Below, one piece after another: positions 23,895 to 33,300 of a stretch of 64,000 bases of DNA. The translations under genes and the position numbers were made by a program. Under the pieces are notes generated by a model, which did no database searches, was not told the DNA's origin, and worked only from the letters and a program-made list of their open reading frames with translations. Origin of the DNA: Gemmatimonadaceae bacterium (GTDB lineage Bacteria > Gemmatimonadota > Gemmatimonadetes > Gemmatimonadales > Gemmatimonadaceae). Each line of letters opens with the position of its first letter. The stretch's first letter is position 1. The DNA is taken from NCBI GenBank assembly GCA_025931335.1, contig JAICNG010000003.1:5307-69306 (forward strand), given 5' to 3'.

Positions 23895-25238
23895 TCATTT
23901 CCGCCCCAGTCCGTACCCGCGAATCTTGTTGATCAAGGTCGCCCGCGAAATGCCCAGCTCCTTCGCCGCCCGGGTGCGGTTGTCGTTATGCGCGCGGAGC
24001 GTTCGCTCGATGTGCGCGCGCTCCACCTCCTCCAGCGACTTCGGCACGTGTCGCTCGACGCCGGCGCCGGTCGCATCGCGCACCTCCGGCGGCAGGTGCT
24101 CGGTGCCGATCTTCCGCGCTCCGCGGCCCACGATCATCGCCCGCTCCAGAACGTTGCGCAGCTCGCGCACGTTCCCCGGCCACGAATAGCGCAGCAGCTG
24201 CTCGAGCGCCCCCTCCGTCAGCTCCACCGGCGCTTCCGGCAGCTGCACGTGCAGCTCCCCGAGTGAGCGCGCGATGAGGTCGAGCATGTCCTCGCGTGCG
24301 CGCGCCCGCAACGGCGGCAGGTGCACCGGCATCACACTCAGGCGATAGTACAGGTCTTCGCGAAACCGCTCCTCGACGACCTCGCTCGCCAAATCCCTGA
24401 TCGTGGCCGCGATCACGCGCACGTCGACCGTGATCTCCTGCGCTCCACCCAGGCGGTGAAAGGACTTCCCTTCCATCACCTTGAGCAGCTTCGGCTGGAT
24501 CGATGCGTCCAGGGCTCCGATCTCGTCGAGAAAGAGCGTTCCGCCATTCGCCACCTCGAACAATCCGAGCTTTCGCTCGCCGGCACCCGCGGCGCCTCCA
24601 GCATCTCGCCCGAACAGCTCCGCCTCGAGCGCCGATGCCGACAATCCAGCGCAGCTCAGCTCCACGAATGGCCGCGACCCGCGCGGACTCGACGTGTGAA
24701 TGGCCTCGGCCACCCGCCCCTTCCCGGTTCCCGTCTCGCCGATGAGCAGCACCGTCGTTCGCTCGGCGATCGCCAACAGCTCGATCTGATGCGCCAGCTC
24801 GCGCATCGCCGGCGACGGACCGAGCAACGCGGTCGTGCGGGCGCCACGGCGCTCCGTGAGGTGGCGGTTCAGCTCGCGCAGGCGTGCCTTCTCGAGCGCA
24901 CGCTCCGCCGCCACGCTGAGGTGCTCGAGCTCCACCGGCTTCGTCAGGAAGTTCTCGGCGCCCCGGCGCATCGCTTCCACCGCCAGCGGAATGTCGCCGT
25001 GCGCGGTGACCATGATGACCACACGCTCATCCGGCTGGAGCCGCTCGAGCAGCTCGAATCCCTGGACATCGGGGAGCTTGAGGTCGAGCAACACCAGATC
25101 AGGGCGCACGCGAAGGCACGCGTCGAGCCCATCGTCCCCGGTGTGGGCGCGCACGACCTGATGGCCCGCGCGCTCGAAGAACGTCCCGAGGGCGGCCGCC
25201 AGCTCGACTTCGTCGTCGATGATGACGATCGTTGCCAC
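23895..25238 (-). CDS. NtrC-family response regulator (REC + AAA+ + HTH) with a degenerate GAFTGA loop
   Basis: GTG at 25238, 1 nt after the kinase stop. REC (IIDDE...LLDLKLPD), Walker A GETGTGKG, Walker B LFLDEIG and a C-terminal Fis-type HTH. The loop reads GGAAGA. Confidence 0.85.
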   Translation of the reverse strand: MATIVIIDDEVELAAALGTFFERAGHQVVRAHTGDDGLDACLRVRPDLVLLDLKLPDVQGFELLERLQPDERVVIMVTAHGDIPLAVEAMRRGAENFLTKPVELEHLSVAAERALEKARLRELNRHLTERRGARTTALLGPSPAMRELAHQIELLAIAERTTVLLIGETGTGKGRVAEAIHTSSPRGSRPFVELSCAGLSASALEAELFGRDAGGAAGAGERKLGLFEVANGGTLFLDEIGALDASIQPKLLKVMEGKSFHRLGGAQEITVDVRVIAATIRDLASEVVEERFREDLYYRLSVMPVHLPPLRARAREDMLDLIARSLGELHVQLPEAPVELTEGALEQLLRYSWPGNVRELRNVLERAMIVGRGARKIGTEHLPPEVRDATGAGVERHVPKSLEEVERAHIERTLRAHNDNRTRAAKELGISRATLINKIRGYGLGRK

Positions 25239-25239
25239 G

Positions 25240-28200
25240 CTAGCGACGCACCTCCGTACAGAGCAGCTCCGCGACGTCCTCGAGCGCGAACGGCTTGACG
25301 ATCCACGGCCGCCCGCTCTGGTCCAGGAACGATCGCGCGGTCTCGTTGTCGGCGTCTCCCGTCGCGAAGACCACCCGCGCCGCGTGCTCGGGATCGCTGG
25401 CCTGGAGCTCCTCGAACAGCACGTCGCCCGACATGTCCGGCATGCGCAGGTCGAGCAGGATCGCGTCGTACCGGCGCGAGCGCGCATGCTCGAGCGCTTC
25501 TCTGCCGCTGGCCACCGCGTCGACGGTGTGCCCCTCGCGCTCGAGATAGAGTGACAGGGCCGCGCGCAGCGCCGGCTCGTCGTCGACGATCAGCATCGTG
25601 CGCGGCGCCGTCGAGCGCACGGGCGCAACGGGGGTCTCCCCCGTGCGCGGCGCCGGCGCGTGCACGATCGGAAGCTCGACCGTGAACGTCGCCCCTTCGC
25701 CCACCTTCGACGTCACGCGAATCTGGCCGCCGTGCTCGCGGACGATGGCGTCGGAGATGGAGAGGCCAAGCCCCGTCCCTTCGCCCACCGGCTTCGTGGT
25801 GAAGAAGGGATTGAAGATCTGATCGAGCTCCTCCGGGGGAATCCCCGGGCCGGAGTCGGCGATCGATGCGATGATGAGCTCGCCCTCCCGCCGCGTCCGC
25901 AGGGTGATCCGCTTTTCACCGCCGAAGTTGCGAAGCGCCTGCTCCGCGTTCGTGAGCAGATTGAGAATCACCTGCTGTAGCTGGAACGCATCCGCCCAGG
26001 TGAGCGGCAGCTCGGGATCGTAGTCGGTTTCGACATCGATCTGGTGCGTGCGGAGCGAATAGCGGCGCAGCTCGAGCGTGTCCTGCAGCACCTGGTTGAG
26101 ATCGGCATCGGTGCGCTCCGGGTGCCGCTGGCGCGCGAAAATGAGAAGGTTCGACACGATCTTCGCCGCGCGCTTCGCCTCCTTGTGAATCGTGACGAGC
26201 GCGTCCTGCTGGTCCGGGTTCGACGCGGACATCGCGAGCATGAGCTGCGAGAACGCCATGATGCCGGCGAGCGGGTTGTTGAGCTCGTGCGCCACGCCGC
26301 TGACGAGCTGCCCCACCGCCGCCAGCTTCTCGCGCTGAAGGAGCTGCTCCGCGAGCGTGCGCTCCTCCGTCATGTCGCGCACGATGCCGAGGCAGCCCGT
26401 CACGCGGCCCTCTTCGACGATCGGCGTCATCGTCACCGAGCCCACGCGCAGCGAGTCCTGCGCATCGCGATAGCGGATCTCGCCGCGAACGCGCTCGCCG
26501 CGCAGCGTCGCCTCGAAGTGCGACCACACGGCATCCCGATCGGAGGCTTCGATCACGTCGATGAACCGCATGCCGAACAGCTCGCCACGCGAGCGGCCGA
26601 TCGCGCGCTCGAGCGCGCGATTCACCGACGTCACACGCCCATCGGAGTCGATGGTGAAGATCGCGTCGGAAGCGGATTCGACGAGACGGAGATAGCGCGC
26701 CTCCGAGCGCACGAGCGCCTCCTCACGCGCGCGGTCCGCGGTGAGGTCGCGTGCGATCGCGAGCACACCCACCACCACGTTGCCACGCAGGATCGGCGTG
26801 TTCGTCACCGAGGCAACGCGGCGGTCGCCGGTCTTGCGGTAGAAGTGGCACTCGTAGCGCTGCGCGCCGCCCGCCAGCGCCTCCTTGAAGTGGGTCTTTA
26901 CCCCCGCCACCTCTTCCTCCTCGAGCAGCCCCAGGACGGAGCGGCCGAGCAGCTCCTCTCGCCCATAGCCGGTTATCTGGCAGGTGGCGGCGTTGGCCGA
27001 CGTGAAGTGCGCGCGCTTGTCGAGGGTGAAGATCGCGTCCGGCGCCGTCTCGAACAGGCTGCGATAGCGCGCCTCCGACTGGGTGACCGCGTCGCGCGCG
27101 CGACGTTCCTCGGTGACGTCGCGCAGCGACGCGACGACACCGGTGATCTGACCCACCTCACGCAACGGCGCGGTGCTGATGGCCACCGTCCGCCGATCGC
27201 CATCGGCGCGCACGATCACCGTCTCGTAGCGCTGCGGCTCCCCGGCGAACGCCAGCTCCTCGCGCCGCGCCACTTCCTCACGCAGCTCGGGGAGCACCAG
27301 CTCGGCGGCGGGCATTCCGATCGTCGCCCCATCGGCGTAGCCGAACAGGTCATCGGCGGCGGGGTTCGCGAACTCGATGCGCTTGGCGCGATTGGTGATG
27401 ACGATCGCGTCGCGCGACGTCTCCACCACCCGGCGATACCGCTCGGCCAGCATGTGGAACGACGTCACGTCGTCGAAGGTGACGACGGCGCCCCCGTTGG
27501 GATGCGGCGACGCGACGACGTCGAACACTTTGCCGCGTGACATGGATCGCTGCGTTCCGTGGCCAGTGTGCCCCTCGACCAACGCCTTGCCGATCACGCA
27601 GTCGCTCGGCGGATGATGCTCGCGCAGCACGCCCTCGTAGAACGGCAGCCCCACGAGGTCATCGGCACGCGTGACGTTCGCCAGCTGAAGCGCGCGGGCA
27701 TTACTGCGGACGATCCGCCCCTCCGCATCGAGCACCACCATGCCGCCGGCGATCGCGTCGAAGGCCACCTGCCATTCGCGTGTAGCGCTCGCCACCTCCT
27801 CGAACAGCCGCGCATTCACGATCGCGACACCGACGTGATCGGCGAGGCGCTGGAGGACGCGCGCGTCATCATCGGTGAAGTCGGCAGCACGATTGATCGC
27901 GGCCAACGTCCCGATCGCTCCGCGAGCGGTAATCAAGGGAACGACGATCGCCTTCTGGATCCCCGCCGCCTCGTCGGCGAGACGATACACGCCCTCGGTC
28001 GAAGCGTGATTGGCGATGACGGACGTGTGCGTGAGGAACGCGCGGCCGTTGAGGCTGTCATTGATGGGTAGCCGCATGCCACGCAGCGCCTCGGTGGCGC
28101 CGACCGCCTCGACGATCTCGAGATCGTCGCCATCCTGCAACGTCACGCACGAGCCCTCGGCACGCAGCAGCGCCGACGTGTGACGCAGCGTGAGGTTCAG

Positions 28201-29406
28201 CACGTCGCCGAGCCGCAGCGACTCGTTGACCGCGCGCGCGACGTCCGCCAGCGCTTCGCTCTGGCGCCGCTCGCGCTGGCTCTCCGCGTACAGGCGCGCG
28301 TTCGCGAGGGCGACGGCCGCCTGCGCACCCATCGTGAGCAGGACTTCCTCGTCCTCGTCGGTGTACCCCTCGTGCTCTCGCGTGTACGCCGCCAGCACAC
28401 CGAGAAGCTGGATGCCGACCATGATCGGCACCGCGATGAGGGCGCGCGCCGGCTCATCGTCGCCCACCACATCGTCATCGGAGAGGGCGGCGAGGGCCGG
28501 CTGGGTGAGCCGCACCGGCCGTCCCGTGCGCGCCACGGTGGCGATGGGCCCTCCGCCTAACGGGACCGGCGGGCGGACGGCGGGCATCGAGCGCACCAGG
28601 CGCACCAGCGTCACGGTGCGCCGCGCCTCGAGCTCGGGACGGGCGATAACGATCCCCTCGGCGTCGATCACCCGGGCGACCTGCCGCGCCAGCTCACGGA
28701 GGATCTCCCCCTCCTCGAGCGAGCGCGACAGCGCGCTCCCCACGTCGTGCAGTCGCTGCAGCCGCTCGGCGCGGCGGCGCGCCACGTCGGCCAGCGTCGC
28801 CTCTGTGATGGTGAGAACCACCTGCCGCCCGAGCAGCTCCGCCGTGCGGACCAGCGATTCCGACGCCGGCCCATCCTCGGTGCCGGCGAGCAGGAGGAGC
28901 GCGACCAGGCGGCCATCGCGACGACGAAGGGGAAGCAGGAGGATCTCCGGCGCGTCGAGCCCCACTGCGCCGAGCTCGCGGAGGACCCACGCGTCGTGCG
29001 TGTCGAGCCGGAACGAGGCGCCGTTTCTGAAGCGCCCCAGCTCGTCGAGACGCCGCGACCACGCCGCGGGGTCGCCGAGCGCCCGCCGGACGACACTCTC
29101 CGCGTCGGGCACCGCGCCGGAGGCACAGATGTGCACCGCCTCGCCAGCCTCGTCCTGGAGGGCGACCGCCGCGCGCGCGAACCCTATCGCCCGCATCCCG
29201 CGCAGCAGAACGGCCAGCCGCGCGTCGATCGACCCCGAGCGCTCCAACTCCCGCAGGGAATCCTGGAGCACGAGCAGGCGATCGCGCTCGCGTGCCAGCT
29301 CTCGGATCGCGCGCGCCTGATCCGGCGCGAGTCCCTCGAGCGATGGCAGCGGAGTGGCGGTCGTGGGACGGGCTACGGGTGTAGCTGGCCTCGAAACGTC
29401 GGTCAT
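25240..29406 (-). CDS. Hybrid sensor histidine kinase (multiple GAF and PAS domains, HisKA, HATPase_c, C-terminal REC), 1388 aa
   Basis: H-box HELNNPLAGI, N/G boxes (NLLTNAEQA, DSGPGI, GTGLGLS) and a terminal REC (LIVDDEP...DLRMPDMSG). Confidence 0.9.
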   Translation of the reverse strand: MTDVSRPATPVARPTTATPLPSLEGLAPDQARAIRELARERDRLLVLQDSLRELERSGSIDARLAVLLRGMRAIGFARAAVALQDEAGEAVHICASGAVPDAESVVRRALGDPAAWSRRLDELGRFRNGASFRLDTHDAWVLRELGAVGLDAPEILLLPLRRRDGRLVALLLLAGTEDGPASESLVRTAELLGRQVVLTITEATLADVARRRAERLQRLHDVGSALSRSLEEGEILRELARQVARVIDAEGIVIARPELEARRTVTLVRLVRSMPAVRPPVPLGGGPIATVARTGRPVRLTQPALAALSDDDVVGDDEPARALIAVPIMVGIQLLGVLAAYTREHEGYTDEDEEVLLTMGAQAAVALANARLYAESQRERRQSEALADVARAVNESLRLGDVLNLTLRHTSALLRAEGSCVTLQDGDDLEIVEAVGATEALRGMRLPINDSLNGRAFLTHTSVIANHASTEGVYRLADEAAGIQKAIVVPLITARGAIGTLAAINRAADFTDDDARVLQRLADHVGVAIVNARLFEEVASATREWQVAFDAIAGGMVVLDAEGRIVRSNARALQLANVTRADDLVGLPFYEGVLREHHPPSDCVIGKALVEGHTGHGTQRSMSRGKVFDVVASPHPNGGAVVTFDDVTSFHMLAERYRRVVETSRDAIVITNRAKRIEFANPAADDLFGYADGATIGMPAAELVLPELREEVARREELAFAGEPQRYETVIVRADGDRRTVAISTAPLREVGQITGVVASLRDVTEERRARDAVTQSEARYRSLFETAPDAIFTLDKRAHFTSANAATCQITGYGREELLGRSVLGLLEEEEVAGVKTHFKEALAGGAQRYECHFYRKTGDRRVASVTNTPILRGNVVVGVLAIARDLTADRAREEALVRSEARYLRLVESASDAIFTIDSDGRVTSVNRALERAIGRSRGELFGMRFIDVIEASDRDAVWSHFEATLRGERVRGEIRYRDAQDSLRVGSVTMTPIVEEGRVTGCLGIVRDMTEERTLAEQLLQREKLAAVGQLVSGVAHELNNPLAGIMAFSQLMLAMSASNPDQQDALVTIHKEAKRAAKIVSNLLIFARQRHPERTDADLNQVLQDTLELRRYSLRTHQIDVETDYDPELPLTWADAFQLQQVILNLLTNAEQALRNFGGEKRITLRTRREGELIIASIADSGPGIPPEELDQIFNPFFTTKPVGEGTGLGLSISDAIVREHGGQIRVTSKVGEGATFTVELPIVHAPAPRTGETPVAPVRSTAPRTMLIVDDEPALRAALSLYLEREGHTVDAVASGREALEHARSRRYDAILLDLRMPDMSGDVLFEELQASDPEHAARVVFATGDADNETARSFLDQSGRPWIVKPFALEDVAELLCTEVRR

Positions 29407-29450
29407 TCGGGCGGGATCATGGAACCACAGACCGCGCGGTAGGGGAGGCC

Positions 29451-29479
29451 AATGTAGAGATTCTTGACACCCGGGTCAA
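29451..29479 (-). promoter_or_regulatory. Sigma-70-like promoter candidate for the kinase/NtrC operon
   Basis: The minus strand reads TTGACC-17 nt-TACATT, 45 nt upstream of the ATG at 29406. It overlaps the stop of the lipid-kinase gene. Confidence 0.35.
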
Positions 29480-30369
29480 CCGACCCGAGGGAGCAACAGG
29501 CGCGCTGCGCCAGGATCCACGGTGAGCTCCAGAGGGGTCGTTCCGACGAGCTCGCCATCGGCCTGTGCGTCCTGAGGTGGATCGCATTCGATCCGAAAGC
29601 GTTTACCGGGCCGGTACGTGATCGCGCGGTGGGGCCGGAAGTCCTTGCGCAGCAAGCGCCAGGCAATGCTCACCGCCTCCCAGCCGCTCGCTGGAGAGAA
29701 GACGCACAAGTCCAGCTTGCCGTCATCTCTCGCGATGCCGGGGCCGAGGACGATCAGATCGTTGAGGACGGCGCCGAAGTTGGCGACCATCACCGCCGCC
29801 GCCTCCCGCTCGAGAACCTCCCCATCGACGGTCGCGCGGACGCGAAAGCGCGTGTTGCGCAGCGAGGCGCGGAACGCGACGTACGCGTAGGCGAGAATGC
29901 CCAGGCGCTTCTTCCACACCGGCGGCGTATCGTGGATCATGCGGGCGTCCACGCCGACACCGAACGAGAAGGCAAAGCACCTCCCGGACGCGAGCCGGCC
30001 GAGGTCGACGTCGGCGACGTCGCCGCGGAGGAGGGTCGCCGCCGCGCGGCGGGTCGCGATGGGAATGCCGAGCGCCCGCGCGACCAGGTTGCCCGTTCCC
30101 CCCGGGAGGATGCCGACGGGAATTCCGCTGTGCGCGAGCGCGCCGACGACTTCCATCGCGGTGCCATCGCCGCCGAGGGTGAACACGGCCTCGTAGCCGC
30201 TGGCGCGCGCGCGGATGATCTCGGCGGCGTGGCCCGGCCGCTCGGTGGTCGCGACATCGACGCGAGCGCCTTCGGCGCCTAGCGCCTGGGCAGCCACGGC
30301 GAGGCGCCGGCGGGCACGGCGCGCGGCGGGGTTGGCGACGAGGAGAAACGGTCCCGTCAGAAGCTCCAC
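29476..30369 (-). CDS. Diacylglycerol-kinase-family lipid kinase (YegS/BmrU-like)
   Basis: ORF 29476..30561 with GTG 30369 chosen (VELLTGPFLLVANPAARRA), a 13-nt overlap with the tamB end. GGDGT motif and ILPGGTGN. Confidence 0.8.
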   Translation of the reverse strand: MELLTGPFLLVANPAARRARRRLAVAAQALGAEGARVDVATTERPGHAAEIIRARASGYEAVFTLGGDGTAMEVVGALAHSGIPVGILPGGTGNLVARALGIPIATRRAAATLLRGDVADVDLGRLASGRCFAFSFGVGVDARMIHDTPPVWKKRLGILAYAYVAFRASLRNTRFRVRATVDGEVLEREAAAVMVANFGAVLNDLIVLGPGIARDDGKLDLCVFSPASGWEAVSIAWRLLRKDFRPHRAITYRPGKRFRIECDPPQDAQADGELVGTTPLELTVDPGAARLLLPRVG

Positions 30370-33300
30370 TCCCGGAACAGATCGAGACCGAATTGCCTTG
30401 GCCGGTTGAACTCCACGGCGTCGGTGCGGCACAGCGCGGCGCTCGTGGCGGGCTCGACGCTCATCTGCACCGAGAACCCGTGGTTGAGCCGGTGCTCCAG
30501 CGTGAGCCCGAAGGCGTCGAGGAACCGATGGTTCTGGGAATCCTGCCCGCCGATCGAGCACAGACCCGCGTTCGCGCTGAGGAAGGTCCGCTCGGTGAGC
30601 TGCTTCCCGAACGCGATGCGCGACTGCGCGAGGATGCCGAGCGGACCGCTCAGCCCCTGCTGGAAGAACTCGCGGTTGAGCGTGGTCGTCGCCGTCTGAA
30701 GCTGGAACATGTCGAGGAACTGAAGCTGCTCGACGATCGCGCGCTCGAACAGCGCGCCGAGGGTCGGGAGAATCGTCGCGAACGCGGTCTGAAGCTGACC
30801 ACTGTTCTCGGCGACGAACGTCGGCTGCCCGGACACGAGGTAGCTCAGGATCTGGGTTTCCGAGATCTGGATGCGCTCATCGCTCGACAGGGCGAGGCGC
30901 GGCTGCGAGAGCGTGCCGCCGATGGTGACGCGAATGCGGACGTCGCGCCTGTCGCTCCCCGCCTGACGAACGGTGTGCAGCGCGATGATGTCAAGCGCCG
31001 GATCGATCACCGGGCCACCGTAGAACGTGATCACTCCACGTTGCACCTCGAACGTCCGGATCACTCCGGGGGCGAGATACAGTCGATAGGTGCCGCGGTT
31101 GGCGAGCAGCGGCCCCTCGAGCGCGAGGCGGTCCCCCTGGCGCGTGACGCTCACCGAGCCGCCGAGCTTGATACTCGCCTCCTGCGAGCGGAGCCAGACA
31201 TCGTCGCCGATCGCGATGTCGACGTTGCTCACGCTCATGTTGTTGACGATGCCGGTCATCCACGCGGGGCGATCCCGCGGAGTCACGCCGCCGAAGGTCG
31301 TGTCGATGAATGCCCCGACCTCGTCCTCCGTGAGCGCGTTGACGTCGATGATCTGCTTCCGCAGCCGCTCGCGCAGGTAGATGGCGCCGCGCTCCACGCG
31401 AAGCCCGCCGGTGAGCATCGATTCACGATACGATCCGGAGAGGGCCAGGTTGCCGCCGATCTCGAGGTCGGCCAAGCGGCGCTGGCGTATGGCTTCGAAG
31501 TTGTCGGCGCGGAAGCGAATGTCGAACGCCGACCGCTGCGCGAGACAGTCGGCGACGGAGGCGGTGCCCGTCTCGCACTCGTCATCGGGACGTTCCGAGA
31601 AGCGCACCGTACCGGCCAGAAACGCGCGGCTGTCGCGGTGCGGACCGCTCGCCATGACGAGACTGTCGAGCCGAATGACAGGCACCGAGTCACCGGAGAG
31701 CGACAGGTGGCCGTTGACGTTGCGCAGCTCGATGCCGGCGGCCGCGAGCGCCATCCCGCCGCCGCGGACTGCGACCTCCCCCGCGAAGCTCGGCCGGGTC
31801 CACCGTCCGCTGACGTCGACGTGCGCCTGCAGCCTGCCGTGCGCGTTCGCGACGTTCGGGATCATCGCCTCGAGGAGCGCGAGGTCCACGCTGTCCGCCC
31901 GCACGCTCACCTGGAGCGAATCGTCGATCAACCGCTTCTCCACACCCACCATCGCGAGGTCCACCGGCAGGCTCGCCGTCATGGTGATGGCCGGTTGGGC
32001 GTCGCGAAGCAACCGCAGGTCGCCAATCAGGCGGCGCGCCGCGTAGGTGGCGCGCGCGTCCAGCCGCGGCACCCGCACGGTGCCGATGCGCACGGTGTCG
32101 GCGATCGCGGTGAGCCGCATCGTCGGGTTCTCGCGCATGCCGGCGACGCGCAGGTCGAGCGTGAGCAGGCCGCCTAACGCGGTACGGCTCTGTGCGAGCG
32201 CGGCGAGATCGGCGACGGGCATCTGATACATGCGGAGCGATACGTCGACCGGGCGCGTGCTGGGGAATTCACCGCCGAGCACGACCCGCGCTCCGCCGTC
32301 GGCGGTTACCGCCACCGAATCGACGGCCGCGCCCGTCGAATCGAGCGTGACGCGCGCGGGTGAGGCGAGCGTCCACCGCCGCTCCCCGATGACGGCACTG
32401 AGCGTGTCGACGAGCAGACGCGTGGTGTCGCTGCTCAGGGTGTACGCGAACGACATGCTCCCGCGGGGTCCGGTGGCGCTGGCAATGGCGAGCCCGAGCC
32501 GGCCAGCGTCGCGCGTTGGTGCATCGAGCGCGATGCGCGCGGAATCCAGGCGCAGCCCGGCCACGACGAGGGTATCGAGCGCGAGCGTCAGCAAGCCCGA
32601 GGGTGCGCGCGGCAGACCGCGTAACGCAAAGTTGCCGCGAACGGCGCGTGCGCGATCGCCGGCGACGAAGAGTCCGCGCCCTTCGATCGTCCCGCCGGCG
32701 ATGAGCGAATCGATCGAGCCGCTCAGCACTCCATTCACCGCCACTCGGCCGCCGAGTGAATCGCGGTACGCGGTGATGAGGGAGTCGCGACGCGCTCCGG
32801 TGGCGGTGTCTTCGCTCGCCAGTGCGCGTGCGCCTCGTCCACCGCGGTCGGTCGGGATCCAGGGGCGCAGCCCGCCGAGAGAATCGACGACGAGCGTGTA
32901 ACGCAGGGAGTCCGGACGGGTAGCGCCCAGGGACAAGGCGCCCGACGCGGTGAGTGTGGCGGCGGTGGTCTCGAGGCGAAGAGTGTCTACCCGGAGAAGC
33001 CCTTCGGTGAACGCGAGCGCGGCGACCGACGGGAAGATCCGAACACCGCCGACCGTCGAGCGGTCGAGCTCCACCGCAAGCGTGCCGTCGAGATTCGCGA
33101 GCGAGTCCCCGCTGAGATCGGCGCGGTATCGACCGGTAATCCGCGACGCGAACAAATCGGTGCGCGCGAGCAGCGTTCGCGGATCGAGATCCTCCACCGC
33201 ACCCGTCATCTGCGCGGCGAAGCGCGGCGCCGCCATGTCGAATCGACCGTCGACGCTCATCATCCCCGCGTCGCCGCGCATCGTGGCGGCAAGCAGCAGG

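Noticed and set aside
23844-23895. A sigma-54 (-24/-12, TGGCAC-N5-TTGC) promoter downstream of the NtrC-type regulator. Elsewhere I checked TGGCAC occurrences near 8140, 9245, 10727 and 37283.
   Set aside because: None has a TTGC at the correct spacing, and the regulator itself lacks GAFTGA. This was an eye scan only and is not exhaustive.
29403-29423. A five-codon upstream ORF (MIPPE) whose TGA overlaps the kinase ATG at 29406.
   Set aside because: It has no ribosome-binding site and is too short to separate from chance. I kept only the promoter candidate.
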